A stretch of 64,000 nucleotides of DNA from an uncultured Gemmatimonadota bacterium (GCA_913043255.1 CAJWLK010000011.1:11170-75169); one strand, 5' to 3'. Counted from the stretch's first letter, positions 27,224 through 38,066 are shown. Numbers and translations: made by a program. The notes: generated from the sequence alone by a model not told the origin.

Positions 27224-29296
27224 TTGCCCAATCTGAAACACACACTACGGTTTGAATTTGTGAGCCAGATTTTCGATGCAGGGAGACGTCTACTCGGGCT
27301 GTTGTTCGTTGCACTTGTCGCTGTACCCGCATTTTTTGTACTCAACCCAGGAGAGGCTACTCCTGAGGATCTCATGCGTCGCGCAGGGGCCGAACAATGG
27401 GAATTTACCTGGGGCTTGGTCGCTGGGTGGTGGGCACCCATCGTCCTTTTGGCTAGTCTTGGCATTGCCCTAGTCACGCGTGGACGAATCTCCCGTGCGG
27501 TAGCCTTGCTAGGTTCACTTATCGCCCGTCCGCCCCGGTGGGTCGTAGCACCCATCATCGGAGGCATCGGGGCAGCACTCACTATATGGGCCTCGAAGTT
27601 TGTTTTTGATGGGCGAACAGTCGTGAACGATGCCAGTGTGCAGCTCATCCAGGCGCGTTATTTTGCTGCCGGACATCTATCAGGTCCACCGCTCGCTATG
27701 CCTGAGTTTTGGTCGATCCAGTTTATGATTCAAACGGCTGCCGGGTGGGTGTCGCAGTACCCACCTGCGCACGCCGCGGTGCTTGCAGTGGGGTTTGCCC
27801 TTGGTGCGCCCTGGGTTTCAATGACCATTGCGATGGCGGTCATGGGTTTTTGTCTGACCCTTTCGTTCGAGCGACTTCTTCCCGAGAGGATAGGTGTTGC
27901 ACGTCTTGCGGCACTTCTCAGCGTTTGTAGTCCGCTCCTGTTAGCACTCGCCGGGAGTTTGATGAACCATGCGACCGTTGCAGCCTTTGCTGCTGTCGCA
28001 CTCTATCTCGCGTTGCGAGCTGAGGATGGGACTGCACTCTGGTCTCTAGGCGCGGGTGCGGCGGTTGGGGCCATGGTGATGACACGTCCAGTCTCGGGCC
28101 TTGTGATAGGGGTAGTTGTAACAACAGGAATTTGGTTCACATCGATTAAGAGACATCGGCTATCAACCACGAAAGCCGAGATTGGCAAACAAGATTCGGT
28201 CAGTGGTCAGACTCCAAGCTACGGTTTGAATTGGACATGGCTTGGGAAGCGGATTGGTTGGTGGTCCTTAGGCGGCCTGCCGTTTGCGATCGCATTTGGC
28301 TGGTTTAATACGCGTTTTTTTGGAGCCCCCTTAAGGCTTGGATATGTGGCGGCCTCCGGGCCGAACCATGGCCTCGGATTTCACGAAGATCCATGGGGTC
28401 GTATGTATGGGGTAACACAGGCTATCGGATACACTTCCGCCGAGCTCGTTTCACTTGGACGTGAGCTTCTTGGAACCCCATTCCCGATAGTCGCACTTGT
28501 CGGTGTATTCCTGCTTTTTGCCCCCAAACTAACTCGGGGCGAGCGTATCTTTCTTGCTTGGGCTGCTTTGCCAGTTTTAGCAAGTGCGCTGTACTGGCAT
28601 CATGACCTCATCTTCGGACCACGTATGCTTGGTGAGGCCGTACCCGCTTGGTGTGCCATCTTTGTTCTGGCTGCCCTAGGACTTGGGCGTATTGTTCGTC
28701 TGCAGTGGTTTTCAGACTGGCTCGCACTCGTCTTACTCACGGTTCTCACCTTCGGAGCGTTACGTGGGGCGCCGGAGCGCTTATCCCGGCACTCAGCACG
28801 GTTGGCTCCGCGCGCAGTCGTCGATGTGTCAGGTCCATCGCTAGTCTTTGTTCACGAACCTTGGGCAGATCGCGTGGGTGGGATGCTAGCCGGTGGTGGG
28901 CTTCGGCTCGACAGTGTCCGGACACTACTCACCCGATTCCATCCGTGTCAGCTTCAGGCGTCGATGGCTGGTCTGCCCTTGTCCGAGATGAACCCGCGTT
29001 GTCAGCGTGATTTTGAATCAGATTCTCTTGGTTCTTTGGGGCTTACGAACTATCTATGGCTAGATGATCTGCCCGGCCTGCCGCCGAAGGGCCCACTCTG
29101 GGCTCGCGATCTTGGACCGGAGGAAAACGCACGTCTCATCGAGGTGTATCCAGACCGTTTTCCTCTCTTCCTGCTCCCCGATGGTGAAAGCGGAGACTGG
29201 AGCGTGGTACCATACGATCTTGGTATCAATACGTTATGGAGTCCGCTTCCCTCGACTCCAGTGTCCGATGAAACGGTAGGTGGTCCGGGGTCTTAA
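27224..29296 (+). CDS. polytopic membrane protein with C-terminal soluble domain, possibly GT-C-fold (ArnT/PMT-like) glycosyltransferase
   Basis: It has at least 10 predicted TM helices. The first large loop carries an acidic motif (VNDASVQLIQARYFAAGH). A C-terminal domain of about 230 aa is not membrane-embedded. The track start is a TTG, and an alternative GTG lies at 27260. Confidence 0.4.
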   Translation: MPNLKHTLRFEFVSQIFDAGRRLLGLLFVALVAVPAFFVLNPGEATPEDLMRRAGAEQWEFTWGLVAGWWAPIVLLASLGIALVTRGRISRAVALLGSLIARPPRWVVAPIIGGIGAALTIWASKFVFDGRTVVNDASVQLIQARYFAAGHLSGPPLAMPEFWSIQFMIQTAAGWVSQYPPAHAAVLAVGFALGAPWVSMTIAMAVMGFCLTLSFERLLPERIGVARLAALLSVCSPLLLALAGSLMNHATVAAFAAVALYLALRAEDGTALWSLGAGAAVGAMVMTRPVSGLVIGVVVTTGIWFTSIKRHRLSTTKAEIGKQDSVSGQTPSYGLNWTWLGKRIGWWSLGGLPFAIAFGWFNTRFFGAPLRLGYVAASGPNHGLGFHEDPWGRMYGVTQAIGYTSAELVSLGRELLGTPFPIVALVGVFLLFAPKLTRGERIFLAWAALPVLASALYWHHDLIFGPRMLGEAVPAWCAIFVLAALGLGRIVRLQWFSDWLALVLLTVLTFGALRGAPERLSRHSARLAPRAVVDVSGPSLVFVHEPWADRVGGMLAGGGLRLDSVRTLLTRFHPCQLQASMAGLPLSEMNPRCQRDFESDSLGSLGLTNYLWLDDLPGLPPKGPLWARDLGPEENARLIEVYPDRFPLFLLPDGESGDWSVVPYDLGINTLWSPLPSTPVSDETVGGPGS

Positions 29297-29317
29297 GATT
29301 GGTTTCTGACCTTCGGA

Positions 29318-30322
29318 TTAGTCTGCAGAGAACGAGGTGTCGAAGGCTCTATTTGTAGGTGCTAATGACATTGCCCGGACCTGCTCACAGGCTTCGCGGG
29401 CGCCATATTCTCGATCCAATCCGCTGTCCTCCCATTCGATTGATAGGGGCCCAGCGTAACCAATTCGGTTGAGCGCTCGCATGATCTCCTCAAAGTCGAC
29501 CCGCCCTCGCCCGATGGACCGGAAGTCCCACGCGCGATCGACGTGTCCGAATTCAAGGTGCCCCCCGAACGTTCCTGATCGCGTGGGCACGTCGGACCAC
29601 CATACGTCCTTCATGTGGACATGGTAGATGCGGTCCGCAAAATCATATAGGAACTGGATGTAATCCACGCCCTGATAAGCAAGGTGGCTTGGATCATAAT
29701 TGAAGCCGAACGTTTCCCGGTGAGAGACGGCCTCGAGCGCCCGTTCTGCGGTCGACAAATCAAAAGCAATCTCAGTGGGGTGTGCCTCCAGCGCGAATTT
29801 TACCCCAGCCTCATCAAACGCGTCGAGGATGGGGTTCCACCGGTCGGCGAACTCCTGGAACCCGGCATCAACATATCCGGCTGTATGCGGTGGAAAGGCG
29901 TATGCTGCAGCCCAGATGGGACTCCCAGTGAAACCTGTAACGACGGGCACTCCAAGCTTTGCCGCTGCCTCCGCTGTCCTCTGCATTTCACTTGCTGCGC
30001 GTGTCCGTACTCCCTCTGGGTCGCCATCGCCCCAGACTCGATCTGGTAGGAGAGGTTGGTGACGTTCATCGATGGGGTCACACACTGCCTGCCCGACGAG
30101 GTGATTTGAAATCGCATGGACGCTCAGTCCATGTGCAGATAGCAGGTTGCGCTGATTTTCAACGTACTCCTTCTCTTGTGTCGCGCGGACTACATCGAAG
30201 TGATCCCCCCAACACGCAAGTTCGAGGCCGTCGTATCCCCAGGCTGCCGATTTTTCAACGAGTGTTTGTAGAGAAAGATCAGCCCATTGGCCAGTGAAAA
30301 GCGTTATTGGTCTTCCGATCAT
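29318..30322 (-). CDS. sugar phosphate isomerase/epimerase (xylose-isomerase-like TIM barrel, AP_endonuc_2 family)
   Basis: [34 protein letters not shown] and [14 protein letters not shown] match the family. Its ATGA overlaps the upstream Gfo/Idh/MocA gene. Confidence 0.8.
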   Translation of the reverse strand: MIGRPITLFTGQWADLSLQTLVEKSAAWGYDGLELACWGDHFDVVRATQEKEYVENQRNLLSAHGLSVHAISNHLVGQAVCDPIDERHQPLLPDRVWGDGDPEGVRTRAASEMQRTAEAAAKLGVPVVTGFTGSPIWAAAYAFPPHTAGYVDAGFQEFADRWNPILDAFDEAGVKFALEAHPTEIAFDLSTAERALEAVSHRETFGFNYDPSHLAYQGVDYIQFLYDFADRIYHVHMKDVWWSDVPTRSGTFGGHLEFGHVDRAWDFRSIGRGRVDFEEIMRALNRIGYAGPLSIEWEDSGLDREYGAREACEQVRAMSLAPTNRAFDTSFSAD

Positions 30323-31479
30323 TGAGAGGGCTCCTGCGGTGGTGTGTAGCGTGCATCAACCCAGCCACCTGATCGTGTGCTCTCCAGCGCCCGTTCGATC
30401 AAGTGAACTCCCCTTGCCCCATCCCACACGGTTGGAAAGTCGAGGTCGGCTATTGAGGGATGATCCCCAGCCTTTTGCGCTTCGATTGTCCGTACTGCGT
30501 TTTGGTACAAGTTCGCAAAGCCTTCAATAAAGCCTTCGGGATGCCCTGGTGGGAGACGTGAGTAGCGCTGGGCCATTTCACTAAGCTCCGCGGTGCCCCG
30601 TCGAGAAATCGTCGTAATATCGTCAATCTTGAGCATCAACGTCTCTGGTTCTTCCTGTCTCCATGCGATCGAACCTTCAGTCCCATAGACGCGTAACGTG
30701 AGGCCATTCTCTTCACCGTAGGCAATCTGTGATGCTATGAGTGTTCCTCGCGCGCCATCACTCCACCGAAGAAGCAGGCTCGCATCATCATCAAGTTCTC
30801 GTCCTTCAACAAATGTAGTCAGATCTGCGTATAGCTCTTCGACCTCTAGGCCGGTCACATAGCGGGCAAGGTTATGGGCATGGGTCCCGATGTCTCCTAA
30901 TGCCCCTGCGATGCCAGCTTGAGTCGGGTTGGTACGCCAAACGGCTTGCCGTTGTCCTGTTTGTTCGAGAGGAGTAGAGAGCCATCCCTGTATGTATTCG
31001 ACTTGGATACGACGAATCCGGCCTAGTCGTCCTTCACGGACCAGCTGGCGGGCTTCTTTAATCATCGGGTACCCTGTGTAGTTATGTGTAACTACGAATA
31101 CAGATCTGCCCTCTGCTACCACACGGCATAGTTCCTCGGCATCCTCCAGGGTGGTCGTGAGGGGCTTGTCGCAGACTACGTGAAACCCTGCTTCGAGAAA
31201 TACGCGAGCGATATCGAAGTGTAAGTGATTAGGAGTGACGATCACCACGAAGTCGATGCCATCCTCACGGGCCGCCTCAGCTTGAGCCATCTCTTGATAG
31301 GTCCCATAGATTCGGTTGGGATCAAGGCCCAGCTCATGCCCTTTGGTTTTTGACTTTGCAGGATCGGATGAGAACGCGCCAGCCACGAGATGGGCCTGTC
31401 CATCCAGGCTGGCAGCCATCAGGTGTACTTCCCCTATGAAGGAGCCTGGACCGCCCCCTACCATTCCAAAGCGCAGCAT
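30319..31479 (-). CDS. Gfo/Idh/MocA-family NAD(P)-dependent oxidoreductase (putative glycoside 3-dehydrogenase)
   Basis: N-terminal Rossmann motif [41 protein letters not shown] is typical of Gfo/Idh/MocA. Confidence 0.85.
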   Translation of the reverse strand: MLRFGMVGGGPGSFIGEVHLMAASLDGQAHLVAGAFSSDPAKSKTKGHELGLDPNRIYGTYQEMAQAEAAREDGIDFVVIVTPNHLHFDIARVFLEAGFHVVCDKPLTTTLEDAEELCRVVAEGRSVFVVTHNYTGYPMIKEARQLVREGRLGRIRRIQVEYIQGWLSTPLEQTGQRQAVWRTNPTQAGIAGALGDIGTHAHNLARYVTGLEVEELYADLTTFVEGRELDDDASLLLRWSDGARGTLIASQIAYGEENGLTLRVYGTEGSIAWRQEEPETLMLKIDDITTISRRGTAELSEMAQRYSRLPPGHPEGFIEGFANLYQNAVRTIEAQKAGDHPSIADLDFPTVWDGARGVHLIERALESTRSGGWVDARYTPPQEPSQ

Positions 31480-31486
31480 GTTGTAA

Positions 31487-32956
31487 CTACACTCCTTCTT
31501 CGATACGGGTCGCGCGGTACCCGCCCGTCCGTCGGTCCTGTACGAAGAGCAACCCGAAGATGAGAATCAGTGCGCCCGTGAATGGGAGGATGTACCGGAA
31601 AGAGGCACGCCCACCATAGTTTTCTGAAGGTCCAAGGATGGCACCAGCGCGTTTGACAAGATCGTCTGGACCGCCTGAGTTGAGAATGGCCCGGAGTGCA
31701 TTGGCGGTCACCAGTTCTGGCAGTGCTCCATCTACACTCATGCGCGCCATTATATCTTCAACCGCAAAACTGGCTGCGGCCAAATCCGAGTCGTTCGTTT
31801 CATTGGGTGAGGGGAATACAGCCTCAACGTCGTGTAAAAGTTCGGTTGTCTCAGCCAACGGGAGTTGTTCGTGCCCTAGTTCGTCTGCAATTCGACCCAT
31901 CCACGGTGTTGTAATAAGGCCCACGCTTGCCATACCGACGGCGCCCATAAGCCCAAGTCCGAGTGCGCCAGAGCGGGGTATGCGTTCTGAAACGAAGCCA
32001 AGCATGGTCGGCCAAAAATAGCAAATTCCAACAGCAAAAATTGTGGCAGATGTAAACGCGACCAAAGTCGTTCCAGCGTAACTAAGCCATAAGAGACCAA
32101 AGAAAGACACAACTGCGCTGGACAGGAGGATGCCGGTGGGGGAGAACCGTTTTACTGCGAAACTTGCCTTGTACCGAAGCACCGCCATAATCCCGTTGAT
32201 CCAAGCGAGGACAAGGATGCCAGGGATCCCGCCCGCCTCCAGTACAGGTGGAACCCATCGGTTCGGTCCCAGTTCAGTCGAGGCCGTGATCACCATGCAA
32301 AATAGCATGAGTAGCATTAGCGGGGTCGTGAGTGTTGCCCGAAACATCTCCCGCATACTCACACCAGCCTGGACTCCTTCCGTGGATGGGAATGTCTCGC
32401 GCCGGATGAGCCACCCGTATGTGAGCGTAGGCAGGATGATCAAACAAACCTTTAGTTGCCACGCATCAAGTCCGATCTGATCGAGCGCGTAGGCAAGTAC
32501 AGATCCGATTACAATTCCTCCGGGGAACCACATATGGAACTGATTTAGTTTGACCGTTTTGTTGTCAGGGTAAAGCGTTGCCACAAGTGGGTTACACGCA
32601 GCTTCGACTAGGCCGTTACCCAGCGCGAGCGTCAGCGCCCCAAAGAACAACGGCCAGAAACCGCCCGAGAAGACGAGAATTATTGCACCTGCGAGGTGAC
32701 ATAGGAATGCCAATCGGAGCAGCCGGCGCATACCGATCGTGTCGCAGAAGGGGGCAAACAGGAGTTGTGATACCGCGAAACCCCAGAGGCCGGCGCCACC
32801 GATCCACCCGATCTCAAGATTTGACAGCGTGAACTCACGCTTGAGCGTGAGCATGATCGCACCGATGACGGCAAACGTCACCGAAGTGGCGACCAATGAG
32901 ACACAGCTTGCGACGAACAAGCGTTGAGGCCGGACTCGTCCTGTAGCTACTTGCAA
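31487..32956 (-). CDS. MFS transporter (sugar/glycoside importer-like)
   Basis: 12-TM MFS topology with a central loop. It is the first gene of the MFS, Gfo/Idh/MocA, TIM-barrel operon (8-nt gap to the next gene). Confidence 0.75.
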   Translation of the reverse strand: MQVATGRVRPQRLFVASCVSLVATSVTFAVIGAIMLTLKREFTLSNLEIGWIGGAGLWGFAVSQLLFAPFCDTIGMRRLLRLAFLCHLAGAIILVFSGGFWPLFFGALTLALGNGLVEAACNPLVATLYPDNKTVKLNQFHMWFPGGIVIGSVLAYALDQIGLDAWQLKVCLIILPTLTYGWLIRRETFPSTEGVQAGVSMREMFRATLTTPLMLLMLFCMVITASTELGPNRWVPPVLEAGGIPGILVLAWINGIMAVLRYKASFAVKRFSPTGILLSSAVVSFFGLLWLSYAGTTLVAFTSATIFAVGICYFWPTMLGFVSERIPRSGALGLGLMGAVGMASVGLITTPWMGRIADELGHEQLPLAETTELLHDVEAVFPSPNETNDSDLAAASFAVEDIMARMSVDGALPELVTANALRAILNSGGPDDLVKRAGAILGPSENYGGRASFRYILPFTGALILIFGLLFVQDRRTGGYRATRIEEGV

Positions 32957-33102
32957 TTGAACTCCTGATTAAAGTCCAACGCCACGCTAGCTCGCGGTCA
33001 CAAAGGTCCGCAACGGCCGCGTTGTTCTCGTCTAACTATGTACTCTACCAGATCTTAAGGGAAAGTAACTATGTTTCGTGTGGTTCTAATCAGGAGGATA
33101 CC

Positions 33103-35454
33103 ATGAAACAACTCGCTTTGATTGTCTCCATACTCGTGATGTTCACAGCTGAAAACTTGTCGAGCCAAACCACGACGGCGTATTCGCCGGATGCTCTGAC
33201 CACAAGTGATTACGCTCGTGCTGAGCAGTTTGTCTACTGGAACGCCGAGAAGTTGACAGCTGGGACATCGGTACAACCGAAGTGGGTTGATGACAACCGG
33301 TTTTGGTATCGAAACCAAGTTTTCGGCGGACATGAGTTCATTATGGTCGATGCGGGTGCCCGTACACGACGACCGGTCTTTGATCATGACCAACTGGCAG
33401 CAGCATTGTCAGAGGCAGGAGAGGAGAACTACGAGGCTGGGCACCTTCCCTTCGACGAATTCGAGTTTACAAGCTCAGGCGAGATCCAGTTTTGGACCGA
33501 TACTTTCGAGCGCTGGCAGTGCGATATCCTGTCCTATAGCTGCAGTGGCCCCGATTCGGTAGCGCGGGTTACGGATGAAATAAAATCAAACGATGGTGCG
33601 CACACAGCGTTTTCACGCGGCGAAAACCTTTGGGTACGAGACACGTCAACGGATGAAGAACGTCAACTGTCACAGGGCGGAGAGCTTCACTACGGCTATG
33701 GCGTCGTTCCTGAGGGGTGCTGCTCAGAGATTACAAACCGGCGTAGCGGGTACAAGCCTGCACCGGTCCTGCAGTGGTCGCCCAACGGACGTCGAATCGC
33801 GACTCACCGCTATGACGAGCGTGACATAAAGGATCTCCACTTGCTTGAGGCGGCTGTCGGACGGCCGATTCTTCATAGTTATCGGTATGCGATGCCGGGG
33901 GATTCAGTGATACCTCAGTGGGAGCTTTACGTGTTCGATGTCGAAACTGGTGAAGGGGTGCGCGCCGATCGTGCTCCCATGGTGGCGCGGTCTATTGGTC
34001 GCGGGAATGATAATGCCGGACCGGTTTGGACGAACGTTCAGTGGAGTTCGGATGGTGAGCGCGTCTTTTTTGTAGATGGGACGCGTGATTACAAGACTCA
34101 AACACTAATGGAGATGGATGCCTCCACTGGAGTTGCCCGGTCCGTAATTGTCGAAAATGGGGATACATACGTTGAACTCAACCAGCTCACTTCACTCACA
34201 CCGAACTGGCAGGTGCTTGATAACGGCCGTGAAGTTGTGTGGTTCTCAGAACGTGATGGTTGGGGACACCTATATTTGTACAATGTAGAAAATGGTCAAC
34301 TCAAGAATCAGATTACGAGCGGTTCTTGGCTTGTGCTCGACTTGCTTTACGTCGACGACGAATCCCGTCAGGTCTACTTCACAGCCGTCGGTCGTGAACC
34401 GGATCGGGATCCTTATACTCGGCATCTGTACCGAGCTTCGATTGATGGTGGTGGGGTTACACTTCTTACGCCTGAGGATATGGATCATGAGGTGAGCGTG
34501 TCGCCGGGGGGACGGTTCTTCGTAGATACGTATTCCCTGCGCTCTGAGGCTCCGATGACCGTTCTCAGAGATGCCGAGGGTCGTGTTCTAATGACTATCG
34601 AGGAAGCCGATATCGATCCGCTCCTTGAGGCTGGTTGGGAACCTCCCGTTCGTTTTGTTGCGAAGGCACGTGACGGCGTGACCGATGTGTATGGATACCT
34701 CTGGCTCCCGCCGGACCGGGAAGAGGGGATGCGCTATCCGATCATCGACTACGTTTACCCAGGCCCACAAATAGGGCCCATTAGGTCGCCCGGGTTCACA
34801 ACTGGGCCCCGAGGGCAGGGACATGCGTTTGCAGAACTCGGGTTTGTTGCCTTTTCAGTTGACGCGATGGGCACACCATTTCGGTCAAAGGCATTTCATG
34901 ACAGCTACTATGAGGATATGGGAGATAATGGCATCCCAGATCATATTTCAGCACTCAAAGAGTTGGCGCTCACATATCCGGTCGACCTGGATCGTGTCGG
35001 TATTTTCGGGCACTCAGGGGGCGGCTTCGCTTCCACGGACGCCATTCTTAGGCATCCAGACTTTTTCAAGGTGGCTGTTTCGGGCGCAGGGAACCATGAT
35101 CAGCGTGGTTACAGTTCGAGGTGGGGTGAGAAGTACCAGGGCCTGCTAACCCACAACGGCGATGGTACCGACAGCTTCGACTCGCAGGCGAACCAAAACC
35201 TGGCTGCAAATCTGAAGGGAAAGCTGTTACTACATTATGGGACGCTCGACGATAACGTCCATCCAAATATGACCATCGTGGTGGCAAACGAACTCATGAA
35301 GCATAACAAAGATTTTGATATGCTCGTGTTTCCGAATCGAAATCATGGATATGCCCGTGAACCCTATCTGATCCGGCGAACGTGGGACTATTTCGTAGAG
35401 CATCTCATGGGATCAAAGCCGCCACGAGAATACAAGTTAGACCAGCCCAACTGA
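33103..35454 (+). CDS. S9-family serine peptidase (dipeptidyl-peptidase IV-like: beta-propeller + alpha/beta-hydrolase)
   Basis: ATG at 33103 is preceded by AGGAGG. Signal peptide MKQLALIVSILVMFTA. The catalytic nucleophile motif is GHSGGGF. C-terminal Asp/His are in ...YGTLDDNVHP... and ...NRNHGY.... Confidence 0.85.
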   Translation: MKQLALIVSILVMFTAENLSSQTTTAYSPDALTTSDYARAEQFVYWNAEKLTAGTSVQPKWVDDNRFWYRNQVFGGHEFIMVDAGARTRRPVFDHDQLAAALSEAGEENYEAGHLPFDEFEFTSSGEIQFWTDTFERWQCDILSYSCSGPDSVARVTDEIKSNDGAHTAFSRGENLWVRDTSTDEERQLSQGGELHYGYGVVPEGCCSEITNRRSGYKPAPVLQWSPNGRRIATHRYDERDIKDLHLLEAAVGRPILHSYRYAMPGDSVIPQWELYVFDVETGEGVRADRAPMVARSIGRGNDNAGPVWTNVQWSSDGERVFFVDGTRDYKTQTLMEMDASTGVARSVIVENGDTYVELNQLTSLTPNWQVLDNGREVVWFSERDGWGHLYLYNVENGQLKNQITSGSWLVLDLLYVDDESRQVYFTAVGREPDRDPYTRHLYRASIDGGGVTLLTPEDMDHEVSVSPGGRFFVDTYSLRSEAPMTVLRDAEGRVLMTIEEADIDPLLEAGWEPPVRFVAKARDGVTDVYGYLWLPPDREEGMRYPIIDYVYPGPQIGPIRSPGFTTGPRGQGHAFAELGFVAFSVDAMGTPFRSKAFHDSYYEDMGDNGIPDHISALKELALTYPVDLDRVGIFGHSGGGFASTDAILRHPDFFKVAVSGAGNHDQRGYSSRWGEKYQGLLTHNGDGTDSFDSQANQNLAANLKGKLLLHYGTLDDNVHPNMTIVVANELMKHNKDFDMLVFPNRNHGYAREPYLIRRTWDYFVEHLMGSKPPREYKLDQPN

Positions 35455-35561
35455 GTCCGATGCGGTTCGCTCAAACGGGGTTCCAAGTTCCTCCACCTTG
35501 TCGAGGTCCGAGAACCCGCGCACGTTCAGGCGGACGTTTCGGAAACTGACCGGAGGACTCT

Positions 35562-37073
35562 ATGCAGTGCGTGAAAAATCGAACACTATCGATAATCTCG
35601 TCTTTGCTACTTACGGGATTGATTGCTTGTGGACCTCAAGAGTTTATGGATGCCAGGGGCGCGTCCGATGACGATCCCATGGCAGCCGTCATTGCACGCG
35701 GCGAATCCCTTGAACTTCCAACCCAGTGGGATCCGCCTCCTGGAGAGCCGATTGTTCATCACACGTCCGGGTTCGCGAAGACGTTGTGCTCGGCTGTCTT
35801 TATTACAGGTCTCGATTGGCGTGATGCTGCGGCGAACGTAGGTGGTTTCACCAGTCCCTTCGATCAGCGATCTGCAGTGGTCGATACGGTGGTGGACTTC
35901 GATAACAAGAGCGTGAGCCTGACACTCGGGTCAGGGATCGTGCGTTCCGCCAAGCTATACGGAAGCCAAGGTTGTATTACGCACCCGCTGGGAGAGGACT
36001 CCATCTATTTCGAACCCTCTGTTGTCGAGCCAATGACCCCGAATCCAGAGACGACCTTGTGGCCAATGGGTGACGTTTTACCCGATAGTCCTGCCCCATC
36101 CGAAATCGATATGGCCAAAGTCAATGAGGCTGTCGAGATCGCGATGGATCAGGAAGGAAAGACACTTGGCTTTGTAGTCACATATAAGGGTCGCATTATC
36201 GGGGAGGATTACGGGCCAGGTGTCGATATGCATACGCCCTTCGAGAGTTGGTCGATGGGTAAGTCGCTTACAGGGACGCTGATGGCTGTGCTCATTCAGC
36301 AGGGTGTCTACGACCTCTGGCAACCTGCTCCGATACCGGAATGGCAGGGAGATGCCCGAAGCGAAATCCGTATTGCCGACATCATGAGGATGTCGAGTGG
36401 AATCCGGATTGTAGCGCCCGGCGATCCTGACTACACACCCGAGATGGGATACCCTGACCACCTTTACCTCTACACGGGATACAATGCGTTTGAGTGGGCG
36501 TCAACGCGTCCACAGCAGTGGGAGCCCAATACGGTTGGGCGATATCGGAACACCGACCCAGCGCTCACTAATTATCTTACCCGACTCGCTGTCGAGGGGC
36601 GTGGTGAGAATTATCATGCGTTTCCCCAGCGTCACCTGTTCGACAAGCTCGGAATCCGACACCTCATCATGGAGACGGACCCGAACGGAAACTTCCTAAC
36701 TCAAGGGTATGAATTCGGTTCCGCGCGCGATTGGACACGACTGGGCAATCTGTACCTTCAGGATGGGGTGTGGGAGGGAGAGCGCATCTTGCCTGAAGGA
36801 TACGTGGATTACGCGTTTGAGGTTGCTCCAGCTTGGAAAGATGACGGACGACCTGTGTATGGGGGAGGTTTCCTCTGGAAAGACCTCGGTTTCCCGATTG
36901 AAGACGATTATGGTGCGTTTGCCGGTGCCGGAGGACAGTACACAGTCATTATTCCGGCTCGAGGTCTCGTCATTGCACGCTTAGGTAAATATACAGGGTC
37001 AGGACCTGGTGGTCGCAATCTGAACGCGGCTATTTCTCTATTGATGGAAGCGGTTCCGCAGATCGAGGATTGA
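35562..37073 (+). CDS. serine hydrolase, beta-lactamase/penicillin-binding-like family lipoprotein
   Basis: Lipobox LLTGLIACG. The SxxK motif is SWSMGKS, and a YxN motif is present (LYTGYN). Confidence 0.7.
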   Translation: MQCVKNRTLSIISSLLLTGLIACGPQEFMDARGASDDDPMAAVIARGESLELPTQWDPPPGEPIVHHTSGFAKTLCSAVFITGLDWRDAAANVGGFTSPFDQRSAVVDTVVDFDNKSVSLTLGSGIVRSAKLYGSQGCITHPLGEDSIYFEPSVVEPMTPNPETTLWPMGDVLPDSPAPSEIDMAKVNEAVEIAMDQEGKTLGFVVTYKGRIIGEDYGPGVDMHTPFESWSMGKSLTGTLMAVLIQQGVYDLWQPAPIPEWQGDARSEIRIADIMRMSSGIRIVAPGDPDYTPEMGYPDHLYLYTGYNAFEWASTRPQQWEPNTVGRYRNTDPALTNYLTRLAVEGRGENYHAFPQRHLFDKLGIRHLIMETDPNGNFLTQGYEFGSARDWTRLGNLYLQDGVWEGERILPEGYVDYAFEVAPAWKDDGRPVYGGGFLWKDLGFPIEDDYGAFAGAGGQYTVIIPARGLVIARLGKYTGSGPGGRNLNAAISLLMEAVPQIED

Positions 37074-37076
37074 ACC

Positions 37077-37955
37077 TCATACAAGTGCCTCGGCTAGTCG
37101 GTCGGCTTGGTGAGCCAGGTCGACCGAATCGAGCACTTGGGCGACCAATGGGAAGCTTGTGTGGGCCCCCTTCCACTCCAGTTCGTCCACATTCATGGAA
37201 ACTGGTGCGTCAGTGACGAGTGTCGCGAGTTGACGAAATAGGATGGCATCCTCGATTTGCTCAGAAAGTCGAATGGCGAGACGTTCCGAACTGCGCACTG
37301 AAACAACCCAGTCCTTTCCCTCTGGTGGGATGTTTTCGATCCGAGCGTAACAGGAAAGAAGTGCCGCTGAGGTTTTGGCACCAAACCCCTTAATCCCTGG
37401 GAAGCCGTCCGCAGTATCTCCCACCAGTGCAAGCCAATCTGGGATTGCGCCCGGACCTACTCCGAACTTGTCGATCACACCGGTTTCATTCCTAAGAATC
37501 CGTTGTCTTCGGTCGAATTGAACAACGCGATCGCCGACTACGCATTGAGCGAGATCCTTGTCAGGGGTGCAGATGAGTACTTGGTCTACACGCTCGTCAT
37601 CCGATGCCATCGTAGCACCGGATGCCATTCCATCATCTGCCTCATACTCCACCATCCGCCATACGACAAATCCGGCTGCTTCTAGTGCTTCTTCGACTAA
37701 GGGGAACTGCGAAAGGAGCGCTGGATCAATCGTGGATCCATCCTTATAGCCGGGCCAGAGTTTATTCCGAAACGACTCAATCACGTGGTCGGTGGCTACG
37801 GCGATGTGGGTAGCTCCTGATTCGACGAGCCGCAACATTGACCCGACTACACCACGGGCCGCGGCGACCTCATGCCCGCCCGCGTTCTTTGCTGAGGGCA
37901 TGGCATAGAAGTGTCGAAACAACTCATACGTTCCGTCGACCAGGTGTACGTTCAT
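37077..37955 (-). CDS. 5'-3' exonuclease (Pol I N-terminal-like / flap endonuclease family)
   Basis: MNVHLVDGTYELFRHFYA, VEYEADDGMA and ALVGDTADGFPGIKGFGAKTSAALL (H3TH) are present. Confidence 0.75.
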   Translation of the reverse strand: MNVHLVDGTYELFRHFYAMPSAKNAGGHEVAAARGVVGSMLRLVESGATHIAVATDHVIESFRNKLWPGYKDGSTIDPALLSQFPLVEEALEAAGFVVWRMVEYEADDGMASGATMASDDERVDQVLICTPDKDLAQCVVGDRVVQFDRRQRILRNETGVIDKFGVGPGAIPDWLALVGDTADGFPGIKGFGAKTSAALLSCYARIENIPPEGKDWVVSVRSSERLAIRLSEQIEDAILFRQLATLVTDAPVSMNVDELEWKGAHTSFPLVAQVLDSVDLAHQADRLAEALV

Positions 37956-38066
37956 CTAGCAATGTTCCGATCACTATCCTGCCACACCATATCCTCTATT
38001 CCACTGTCTCTAGGCTTCGACGTCTGTCCTTTATAAGCGACTTTTGCGTACAAGGTGTGGTTTTGA

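Noticed and set aside
27049-27648. 199-aa minus-strand ORF spanning the AT-rich intergenic region and the start of the membrane-protein gene
   Set aside because: The product is low-complexity. It overlaps an obvious promoter region and the TM-rich plus-strand gene.
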